This document shows, one piece after another, positions 17,122 through 25,470 of a DNA stretch of 64,000 nucleotides. Source of the DNA: a virus; IMG/VR virus record IMGVR_UViG_3300010885_036069, positions 52,662 through 116,661 of that record; one strand, 5' to 3'. Below the pieces are notes generated by a model. The model made no database searches. It worked only from the letters and a program-made list of their open reading frames with translations, and had not been told where the DNA came from. Every line of letters starts with the position of its first letter. Positions within the stretch are counted from its first letter, which is position 1. Made by a program: the position numbers and the translations under genes.

Positions 17122-19795
17122 TGAGGTAACCCTCTTCTTGTAGTTCTTGTATCGCTGATAGGAAGTTCCTAATTCTAGTTACCATCGGATCCGAGGCTTC
17201 GGCTTGATAGGCAAGTGGGTCCATAAGTCGTGCTGCGATCCCAAGCCGTTCGTCGCCACCAAGAATTGATTCTTCCATGGAATCTAAGGCCGCAAATGCT
17301 TTTTCAACTTCAATCCGAGCAAGAAGTCTTTTAACTTGCTGTTCAACTTGATAATCTTCCTCTACCCAGCCCTGAATTATGAATTTACTCCTATTGATGT
17401 CAAGGGGGCTACCCCAGCCACCGGCAGCTCCATTGTCAATGGGCAGTACTGTGGCGGAAACTAGATCGCCATTGAGATCGCGCTTCGCTTCAGTGTAGAG
17501 CCAGTTTTCATGGTGCCTATCGCCATTGCCCAAGATTTCATCCATTAACAGGGTCAATTGCTTGCTGGCTGAGTGAAGGGTTTCTTGGTCGTAAAGAGTA
17601 ATTTCCCCGTTGTCTTCTTGTTCAATGCTGGTGAAGTCATCGCCCCTACCGCCAATTCCATACTTCACAACATCATCAAAATGCTCCATAACTATTGGCA
17701 AGTTGTAGTTAAATGAACCGTTCCGATCGTACATAGCGACTCGGATTCGAGGGGAGTGCATTCCAAGGAGTTGTTGCATGTATCCGCCGTAAATTTCATT
17801 GCCGAACTCCCCCTTAAATGCCGTTGGGGTTTTGACAATATACTTTCTTCCGGTGACCTTATCTTCAACAATATATGTTCCACCATAAACATTGCCGGAT
17901 TGCTGGGCCAGTAGGTTGTTTAGACCTCCAGCGTCACCCAGTGTTCTAAACCTACCGGGATCGGTGGGTCTCAAAGCCCATGCCCCAACAGCGCTGCTTT
18001 CAGTGGTGTCAAGAATAGCATCACGTAAATAGAAATCCGGCACATCATCTAGCGACCCACCGTCAAGCAGGTGTTGAATTGCATCATCAAGGGAACCTAT
18101 GCCAGCAGTCCCAATTAGGACTGGCTCTGGAACATTGAACCCATTTACGACGACATTGCCGTGAGATACTTCAAATCGCGTATCGCTGTATTGAATTACG
18201 TCTGGATCAAGAAGCGCCTTTACCTCTAGCGCTGCTTCAGCGGGAACGCCGGGCAGCGGGTTAGCCGGAGCCTTGGGTTCTTGTGTAGTTATCGGCTGTG
18301 GCTTTGATGGCTTAAAGATTTCACCAACAGCGACAGGACGAGGGCCGGCGGGCTTGTCAACTTCGGGGACGGACTCTGGCTTTATTTCCGGAATGATTTC
18401 GGCGGCTCGTTTGTCAATTTCCTCTTGCTCACGCTGCATGCGATCTGCTTCTTCTCTGGCATCACGAAGATTCTCTTTCTTGATGCGAGCAAGGTCACGG
18501 GCGTATTCGGCATATGAAATTATTGCGCGATCGTGGTCAATGAATGATCCTGTTTCATGGTAATCAAGTGCAGCGCCGTCTTCGCCGTTCCGCCAGCGCT
18601 CTAGGTAGACATTAGCCCTCTGCTCAAGTTCTGCTATGTGATCTTCAATTCTCTTGATGTGTTTCTGAATATCCTCTTCTGATCCGGCCTCAACAAATTT
18701 ATCAATGAGTTCCTTGCGTGCGTTATTTATCTTTCCAAGTTCGTCATTTGCTCTATCTAGTTGATCTCTTTCCTCTTTAGTGAGGTGTTGAAGGATCGCC
18801 GGATATGCATTTTTGCGTTTATTTGATGGCGGTTCCGGAATGTCTTTTGGCTTTGGAGTTTTTGGACCACTAGGTCCGTTTGGACCCATTGGCTTGCCAA
18901 ATTCAACATCCTTCTTGATTTCATCAATTGCCTCACTTGGAGTGAGGTCAGGAGCTTCAATTGAGCGGTGGTTACCCTTCTCGTCAACGACTCCAACAAT
19001 TGAACCATTGCGGGCGACTCTCGCCCTATCCTCGTCGACTACGCGATAGGGGCGTTTTGCGGCCCCTTCTGTCCTGATGATGTAAACCTGTTTGTTGTAA
19101 TTTTTAGCAGCCTCAATTGCCTGCTTTTTCGCTGACTGCTCACTGCCGAAGTTTTGACCAAACTGACTGCCAGGGACATTTCTGCCATTGTTCTTGATGT
19201 TTTGTTTTCTGGCATTATCAGTAGCAGCGCTAGCGGCACGCGCTGGAGGACTGAGAGGTTTTGGTGTTGCTGGACGCTCGGTCTGGATGCGACGACGTTC
19301 TGGAAGTTTTCCAGATGTTGGGCCATCCGGCTTCTCTGGTGAAGGGGTCAGTGAGCGACGACGTTCCCGATCTTCTTGCGGCCTTGCTCGTTCAGCAAAC
19401 CGGTCAAGTATTCCTGCGGCCCGCTCACGAATCCCACGCTTCTTTACGGGGGAGGGAGGGGTGTTCTCGTCAATTCCAGAACCGAGGTTTGGTTTATTGG
19501 CGCCAATAGCAACTCGCTCCGCTGCTCGCGCTCCCTGCGATACTTCTGAAATTGTTTCACGAGCTGCACCTAGGTTGCAGGTGGTTCCCATGGCGTTTGT
19601 CCAGTCGCCACCACGATTCGTTCCAGGTGGGCAGCGAAATCGAGTGGCTTCGGAGCCATCAACATCAACAACTTCAGTCAGAACTCGGGCAGAACTAATT
19701 GCGCGAGCAACTCCACGCTTCTTTCGGCCACTACCAAATCCAAGGACTTTGAAATCTATTTCGGATTGTTTAGGTAGTGGCGCGTTGCTTTTTTT
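17114..19795 (-). CDS. Large protein with C-terminal HipA/PI3K-PI4K-like kinase domain; frame is open upstream of the annotated ATG to 19795
   Basis: YIVK..., NEIY....LLGM.SP, VMEHF, DEILGNGDRHHENWL, PIDNG; 68 open codons upstream of ATG 19591 carry RCPPGTNRGGDWTNA. Confidence 0.75.
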   Translation of the reverse strand, partial: KKSNAPLPKQSEIDFKVLGFGSGRKKRGVARAISSARVLTEVVDVDGSEATRFRCPPGTNRGGDWTNAMGTTCNLGAARETISEVSQGARAAERVAIGANKPNLGSGIDENTPPSPVKKRGIRERAAGILDRFAERARPQEDRERRRSLTPSPEKPDGPTSGKLPERRRIQTERPATPKPLSPPARAASAATDNARKQNIKNNGRNVPGSQFGQNFGSEQSAKKQAIEAAKNYNKQVYIIRTEGAAKRPYRVVDEDRARVARNGSIVGVVDEKGNHRSIEAPDLTPSEAIDEIKKDVEFGKPMGPNGPSGPKTPKPKDIPEPPSNKRKNAYPAILQHLTKEERDQLDRANDELGKINNARKELIDKFVEAGSEEDIQKHIKRIEDHIAELEQRANVYLERWRNGEDGAALDYHETGSFIDHDRAIISYAEYARDLARIKKENLRDAREEADRMQREQEEIDKRAAEIIPEIKPESVPEVDKPAGPRPVAVGEIFKPSKPQPITTQEPKAPANPLPGVPAEAALEVKALLDPDVIQYSDTRFEVSHGNVVVNGFNVPEPVLIGTAGIGSLDDAIQHLLDGGSLDDVPDFYLRDAILDTTESSAVGAWALRPTDPGRFRTLGDAGGLNNLLAQQSGNVYGGTYIVEDKVTGRKYIVKTPTAFKGEFGNEIYGGYMQQLLGMHSPRIRVAMYDRNGSFNYNLPIVMEHFDDVVKYGIGGRGDDFTSIEQEDNGEITLYDQETLHSASKQLTLLMDEILGNGDRHHENWLYTEAKRDLNGDLVSATVLPIDNGAAGGWGSPLDINRSKFIIQGWVEEDYQVEQQVKRLLARIEVEKAFAALDSMEESILGGDERLGIAARLMDPLAYQAEASDPMVTRIRNFLSAIQELQEEGYLNG

Positions 19796-21372
19796 TTAGG
19801 TTGTGGCAGTGCTTTGCCGGAGGGGACCGCAATCCACGCTTCAATATTTTCAGGGCGTGAAGGGGCATTTGCTGAAAGGAAGATTTCAAAAATCCAGCGA
19901 CGAACCATCCGTCGTGATCCATCTTCTCGTTGCACTTCAATGAGCTGAAGTGGACCCTTTACATTCTTGATGTCAGGCTTGAGTTCAAGTTTCCCGTTTG
20001 ATTCTGAAACAAACTTCTCAAGTGCAGATCCATAGCCAAGGTCGGGTTCATTTCTACGAAGCGTTGCCCAACGGCGACTCATTCCTCGGATTGATTCGGG
20101 CGTCGCTTTAGAAGTTCTGCTGAGAGTCAGGCTTGATCCATCGGGAAAGACCATGACAGCAGAACGAGCGCCTGCCGCAAGAAGACCAATTTCCGAGTCG
20201 CCAATCTTGCTTGGATCTGTTGCTCGTCGAATGATTACACCATCAGCAATGTCGGCATTGTTGCGTGTTGAGGCAAGTTTCTCAATGGAAACCATTGAAC
20301 TGAGAACACTTCCATCCCGACGAACGAGGCGTGCTGAACTTGCTTTGTCGGTGGCAACAAGCGGAATGTTGTTTGTCACTGAAGTATTGATTTCCCCAAT
20401 ATTCAATGCTCCAACAGTTGGGATGTCCGGCTTGCGAGTAGCAGTCGCATTAGGAATTACATTTCCTCGGATTTTTGTTCCCTTTAGCGTGTCATCCGCT
20501 TTTGGACCCCTGCCCATGTTTAATGCTTCGGAAGCAGCACCACGAAGGGATGGGAGATCAAATAAGCGAGTGCCGCAAGTAGAAAGACGAGAATTGGTAA
20601 AGCGTCCACCAAATTCAAATCCAGGTGGACAACGATCTTGGCCCTTGCCAATCTTTGGGCGACGGAGATTTACTCTATCTTTTCCGCCACCTGGGGTGAT
20701 AATTTCCCATAGAGTTGAGCGGACAGGTGAGCGAACATCGCTCATGTCTCCGGGTACCGCTAGTGAACCCGCTCCTTGAATGGCCTGAAGTGGCTTTGAT
20801 TGACTCCCCGCCAAGCCGACTTTCTCTGAAATTTCATCACCCTTACTGAGGGCATCTATGGCCGAAAGCGTTGATGCTTTATGTCCGACAAGAGTTTCAG
20901 TTGCCGTCCAGCCGTTAGCCTTCTTTTTCCAGATCCGAATAAGGACTGCGGGATCATCAGGTTTCGCTTCAATTGTGAACTTTGAACCAGGAATTCCAAG
21001 AGTTCCATCGGTCATCACATATTCAACTTGACCCTGTGCGTCGCCGCCGGAAGATCCCCAGCGAACAAAAGAACCCTCGCGAAGGCGCTTTGATTTAGAT
21101 TTGGCTTCTTTCAAAAGTCCTTTTGCTCCAGCGCCACCCGAAGGTGTTCCGCAGGTGCTTCCCAAGGCGTCGGTGAAGTCGCCAGCACCAGCAGTTCCTG
21201 GTGGGCATTTGAATTTGCCATTCTCAACCAATACTCCATTGGATGCAGCAAAACGAGAGCTAACGCTTCCCCCTGAGAGGTCGCCAACCTTTTGTCCGCT
21301 TTCGCCAATTGACGGGCCGAGGATTCCTTTACCAGTTAGTGCCGCGTGAAGCGGATACCGGTTCGATGTCAC
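19756..21372 (-). CDS. Head-operon protein with two CPPG tags and a Tudor-like (Hva1/DUF2945-like) domain
   Basis: KCPPGTAGAGDFTDALGSTC, RCPPGFEFGGRFTNSRLSTC; GSFVRWGSSGG...GQV...VGHKASTL; GAGGAG SD before GTG 21372. Confidence 0.65.
   Translation of the reverse strand: MTSNRYPLHAALTGKGILGPSIGESGQKVGDLSGGSVSSRFAASNGVLVENGKFKCPPGTAGAGDFTDALGSTCGTPSGGAGAKGLLKEAKSKSKRLREGSFVRWGSSGGDAQGQVEYVMTDGTLGIPGSKFTIEAKPDDPAVLIRIWKKKANGWTATETLVGHKASTLSAIDALSKGDEISEKVGLAGSQSKPLQAIQGAGSLAVPGDMSDVRSPVRSTLWEIITPGGGKDRVNLRRPKIGKGQDRCPPGFEFGGRFTNSRLSTCGTRLFDLPSLRGAASEALNMGRGPKADDTLKGTKIRGNVIPNATATRKPDIPTVGALNIGEINTSVTNNIPLVATDKASSARLVRRDGSVLSSMVSIEKLASTRNNADIADGVIIRRATDPSKIGDSEIGLLAAGARSAVMVFPDGSSLTLSRTSKATPESIRGMSRRWATLRRNEPDLGYGSALEKFVSESNGKLELKPDIKNVKGPLQLIEVQREDGSRRMVRRWIFEIFLSANAPSRPENIEAWIAVPSGKALPQPKKKATRHYLNNPK
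19789..19797 (-). other. A9 slippery run, candidate -1 frameshift or transcriptional slippage site
   Basis: CCT AAA AAA AAA GCA (0 frame) versus TAA AAA AAA AGC (-1 frame, continuous with the kinase ORF). Confidence 0.6.
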
Positions 21373-21404
21373 TTTGACTCCTCTTCGCACCTTTGGTGCA
21401 TCCG

Positions 21405-22769
21405 TCAGTTGCCGAGAATGTCGCGAAGGTCTTCTTCGGCGGCAAGAAGTTCAAACTCAATGAGTGCTGCTGCAAACTCATTTTCGGCAGACTTCTCACC
21501 ATCAGCGGCTTCTTCGGCTGGATTGTCCATTGCTTCAGCCTCATCAGTTGCTTCTGGCCAAGTAGTTGGGATCATTTCATCAAGACCAAGATCCTTGGCA
21601 CGCTTGATGATATGAGCCTTTGCGGCTTCCTTGTCCTTTGCACGACCGTAAGCCTGAATGGCATTCTTGAGATCGGCCTCATCCTTGATGGGATAGGAGC
21701 CGTCAGGAAGTGCTTCTCCGGCTTCAACCATTGCTGAGCGCTGATCCTCGGAGTACATACGCTTTACCTCAAGGTCATCGTCATCGGACTTGCCGTTGAC
21801 ATCCTCATCCCAGAGGTATTCGTCATAACCGAGAACTTCACCATTCGGTGAAACGAAGACATCGTAAGACTTGCCGTTGATTCCATGAACCTCAACAGCG
21901 TAAGCCTCGTTGCCCTCAAATTCGCCAACTGAGTATGAAGCAGCCTTTCCTTCAACTGCTTCAAGGGCAAGGCTCACGGCATCCTTGATCCCAATTGTTC
22001 CCTCGGATGCAAGAATCTCTTCCTTTGGAATTCGGAACCAGCCGTCAAGTTCACCATCACCAGTGAAGTACGCTTCAACGGCTTGACCGTCTTTGCGCTC
22101 CACCTGGACGATAAACATGTCGTATTCGTCGGAGTAGCCAGAATCAAGAACTTTGCCATTAAGCGTGTCTTCAGCAAAACCTTCAATTTCAAGGAGGTCA
22201 GGATCTGCACTATTGCTGATACAGCCGCCATTGCAATCGCCACAAGCGCCAGTTTCAAGGCTCTTCATTTCTCGACTGTAGGCGCAGATAAACAGGTCAT
22301 CAGTCATTTCGTCAGACTTCATGCCCATAGATTCCATACGGCGAGCGCGATTGCGCTTGCGCTTTGCTGTGCGCTCAGCAGGCATTTCTTCGCCCATACC
22401 GGCGTAGCCCATGCCCTTTTCTTCTTCTTCCATCATTGGATCAACCTCAGGAAGAACATCTTCTTCAGTTTCTTTGGTTTCAACGGCCATAGCGCCGCAT
22501 TTACCGCAAACTTTGTCGCCTGCTTTGTAGCCACAATCGCCACCAGCAAGACCTTTAGCGCACTTCTTAATCATGCCTTCGGCATCAATCAGAACTGCTG
22601 GCTTTTCTTCCATCATGTCCACTTCTGGCTCCTTGATCTGCATGGCGTCTGTCATGCAAGCATTGGAATTCTTGCACGCCACGCAGGGTGTGGCACGCTT
22701 TTCACCTGATAATCCGCAATTATACTTGTTTGGCGACGGAAGCAGGGGTACTGGCTTTGTGGGTTTCAT
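21405..22769 (-). CDS. Acidic scaffold-like protein with Cys clusters, PepSY-like repeats and a DUF6582-like domain
   Basis: Several CxxC; AL..V.GK......YAVEV....GKSYDVFV..NGEVL; ALPDGSYPI....DLKNAIQAYGRA.....AKAHIIKRA..LG. Confidence 0.6.
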   Translation of the reverse strand: MKPTKPVPLLPSPNKYNCGLSGEKRATPCVACKNSNACMTDAMQIKEPEVDMMEEKPAVLIDAEGMIKKCAKGLAGGDCGYKAGDKVCGKCGAMAVETKETEEDVLPEVDPMMEEEEKGMGYAGMGEEMPAERTAKRKRNRARRMESMGMKSDEMTDDLFICAYSREMKSLETGACGDCNGGCISNSADPDLLEIEGFAEDTLNGKVLDSGYSDEYDMFIVQVERKDGQAVEAYFTGDGELDGWFRIPKEEILASEGTIGIKDAVSLALEAVEGKAASYSVGEFEGNEAYAVEVHGINGKSYDVFVSPNGEVLGYDEYLWDEDVNGKSDDDDLEVKRMYSEDQRSAMVEAGEALPDGSYPIKDEADLKNAIQAYGRAKDKEAAKAHIIKRAKDLGLDEMIPTTWPEATDEAEAMDNPAEEAADGEKSAENEFAAALIEFELLAAEEDLRDILGN

Positions 22770-22770
22770 T

Positions 22771-25377
22771 TTATCCCTTGAGCTGCTTGCGCTGAATGTC
22801 AATTACATGTCCAAGTGCAGTGTCAATTGCACTCTTTGCATCTTCGCTCAAATCTGAAAAATCAGCAACTTGGATGCCTTGATCTGTCACTTCAATTTCA
22901 AGATTGTAGTAATTGGCAATTGGTTCAATGGTGTCACCGATCAAGGGAATGCTTTCACTTGAGGCAACAATAAGACCATCAGATTTCATTTCAACGCTTT
23001 CAATAGGACTTGATGCTCCTACGATTTCTTCAAGCATTGTAATGATTTTACGAATCTTTTCAACATTTCGTCCATTGATTGCTCGACCGGCTTTAATGTC
23101 AATTTCATCAACGAGGCCCTTGAGTGAGTCCCCTAGAAGGTCGGCACCCTCGCTGCCATGATCGCAATTGCAGTCTTCTTTGGCCAACTCAACTGAATGG
23201 AAGTTCATTCCACCCATATCGTCTTCACCTTCATGCTCCCAAGCATTTTCGTCACGAAGCATGCCAACGAAGCGAGGCTCAGCCTGACAGAACATCTTCA
23301 GTTCCTTGACTGCCTCGCCCATAGAAACATCCATGTCGTCTTCTTCGCCAAGGAAGTCCATACCTTTTCCGGCAGGATTTGGCTTAAGTTTGCGAAGACG
23401 ATCATTGAAGTCGCTGTCAGAAAGGATTGAACCGCGAACAACATTTTTGAGCTTGCGACGGCAATTCTTCATCCCTGGGTGATGACAGCCCTCATTGGGC
23501 CAAAGGCCAGTTGTTTCATGGTGAAGCCATGCACAGATGTTATTCAGAGGGTAAAGCTCAGGATGATCGGCAAGGATCACACGACAACGACGGAAACCGC
23601 CCTCACGTCGCATGATTGGACGCCAATAACGAAGAAGTCGTTCAAGGTTTCCTCGACGAGGACCGTACCCACGAAGGACATCACCAGTCACTCGCTCTTG
23701 AGGAAGGGTGTCTGGAATAGCATTTGCCCCTGTTGGGACTCGGCTTGTTGCTCGGCCAGAGGCATTTGCCAGTGACTGCAACTGTGAAGCATTTGGTGCT
23801 TTGATGTCCATTTCGTATCCTAACGGAGCGAAGAGAATTTCTTCTGATTTGATTTGATCACCACATAAACCTTTTCCGCCACATCCACACCCACAACCCT
23901 TTTCGGTTGACATAGCGGCCATCATGCCACCGGTTTCATCATCTTCATTTGAAGCGGATGGGGTCTTTTCTTCGGTAATTGGCCCGCCTGAAATCCAAGC
24001 ATCGCATGTACGGGCCGCTGCACACTTGAAGTCAAATGCTTCGCAATAACCAAGATCTCCAGCCTCAATGACATCAACAGCATCATTTCCAGATTCGTTT
24101 CCAAGGCCATCCTCAATGCATGAGAGCATCCGCTTGGTCTGGATAAAGGCGGCGCAGTTGCCACACCGTTGTTTCTTGGCTTCATCTTGTGAAACATCCC
24201 AACGGTCAGCCTTTTTCATCCAGAACTTTGAATTTGGTTCTGCCGGATTCAGGGGACCGTAGCCAGCAGTTTCAATTGCATTCTGGCGATTTTTGATGTT
24301 TACAGCAATACTTGATGTCGCTGGGGGACAAGAGCCGCCCACTTTATCCTCATCGTCGGAATTGCCATTGTACTCATATGGGTTTTCATTATCCCCATCA
24401 TCTTCAGTATCGTCGTTGTACTCGTAGTCACCAAGTTCATCACTATCGGCAAAACTGGTGTAGTTGGAGTAAGTGACATCGCCTTTTGTATTTTCGTTTT
24501 CAGCAGACTTGCCTTCAAGTTTTGCAATTTCTTCGCGAATCACATTCTTCATGTAGGCCTCGCCTCGCGATCCCACAGCAAGCCACTTCATCTGAGCGAC
24601 AACGCCCGGAAGCAAGAAGTCACCGCGATGGCGAGCAACCCAAGCCTCACGGAGTTCTAAGGCATTGATTTCCATTTGACTGTTAGTTGTTCCGCCTCGA
24701 CGGTATAAGGGGAGCAACTTGGCGTACTGGTCATTTCCACGAATATTCCCACCCTTGCGCCAAATGGATGGGTACTTTTCTTTGACCATTTCAGCAAAAC
24801 TCGGGTCAAATGTTTCCCACTTACTCTCTCGGAATGAGGTGAGTTGATCTTCCTTGGCGTCTTGCTTCTCTGACTTGATTGAAATTGTTGCGGTTAGTTG
24901 ATTTGCACCATGCAGAACTGGGGAAACTTCGTAAAGTTCTACTTCCTTGAGCATGTTTGCTTGGCGCTCTGGGGAGTAAATGGAGTCAAGGGTCTTATAG
25001 CCGATGCTCCACTCTTGTTCTTCCCCAAAAAAGAGGATGCTGTGGAATGCCTCGCGCCCGCGCTCTGAGCGGAGATTAAATTGAACCTTTGCAAATAGCC
25101 CACCGACTCCGGCAGATTTCATCTTGCCAGGAAGACGAGGGTCGGACGGGCCTACTTCATAGATGTCAAGAACTTTGCCAATTGGCTGATTCCAGTCATG
25201 ACCCCAAACAACCCGAGGCTTACGACGCTTGAGTGATGAGGTAAATGCACCGGGAACAACAATGTCCCCCACGCTGTCCTTATTACCAACAGCGGCAACA
25301 AAGCATTCAACAAGGCCTTCGGCTTCATCAATGCTTAGTTGGCCTGACATAGCCTTGAACTCAAGTTTATTGGTCAA
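22771..25377 (-). CDS. HK97-type (S78) prohead protease with long multidomain C-terminal extension
   Basis: DSVGDIVVPGAF, VWGHDW..PIG, EWSIGY, LYEVSPVL.GAN; GGAG SD before TTG. Confidence 0.9.
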   Translation of the reverse strand: MTNKLEFKAMSGQLSIDEAEGLVECFVAAVGNKDSVGDIVVPGAFTSSLKRRKPRVVWGHDWNQPIGKVLDIYEVGPSDPRLPGKMKSAGVGGLFAKVQFNLRSERGREAFHSILFFGEEQEWSIGYKTLDSIYSPERQANMLKEVELYEVSPVLHGANQLTATISIKSEKQDAKEDQLTSFRESKWETFDPSFAEMVKEKYPSIWRKGGNIRGNDQYAKLLPLYRRGGTTNSQMEINALELREAWVARHRGDFLLPGVVAQMKWLAVGSRGEAYMKNVIREEIAKLEGKSAENENTKGDVTYSNYTSFADSDELGDYEYNDDTEDDGDNENPYEYNGNSDDEDKVGGSCPPATSSIAVNIKNRQNAIETAGYGPLNPAEPNSKFWMKKADRWDVSQDEAKKQRCGNCAAFIQTKRMLSCIEDGLGNESGNDAVDVIEAGDLGYCEAFDFKCAAARTCDAWISGGPITEEKTPSASNEDDETGGMMAAMSTEKGCGCGCGGKGLCGDQIKSEEILFAPLGYEMDIKAPNASQLQSLANASGRATSRVPTGANAIPDTLPQERVTGDVLRGYGPRRGNLERLLRYWRPIMRREGGFRRCRVILADHPELYPLNNICAWLHHETTGLWPNEGCHHPGMKNCRRKLKNVVRGSILSDSDFNDRLRKLKPNPAGKGMDFLGEEDDMDVSMGEAVKELKMFCQAEPRFVGMLRDENAWEHEGEDDMGGMNFHSVELAKEDCNCDHGSEGADLLGDSLKGLVDEIDIKAGRAINGRNVEKIRKIITMLEEIVGASSPIESVEMKSDGLIVASSESIPLIGDTIEPIANYYNLEIEVTDQGIQVADFSDLSEDAKSAIDTALGHVIDIQRKQLKG

Positions 25378-25470
25378 CTTATTTCTCCAGAGCGCGAGAG
25401 GACGTACCAGAGCAAATTACTATTTTTCTTATACTTATACGGACAAATATATCCGTATAAGTATCAGTAT

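Noticed and set aside
19756-19758. TAG readthrough or an alternative genetic code joining the 544-aa and 825-aa ORFs
   Set aside because: Readthrough stays in the wrong frame and meets a TGA soon after. TAG, TGA and TAA all end clearly complete genes elsewhere (nrdJ and terL end in TAG).
16260-22709. Long plus-strand ORFs (16260..16823, 19188..19799, 20153..20779, 22083..22709)
   Set aside because: They are antisense shadows of minus-strand genes, with no recognisable motifs.
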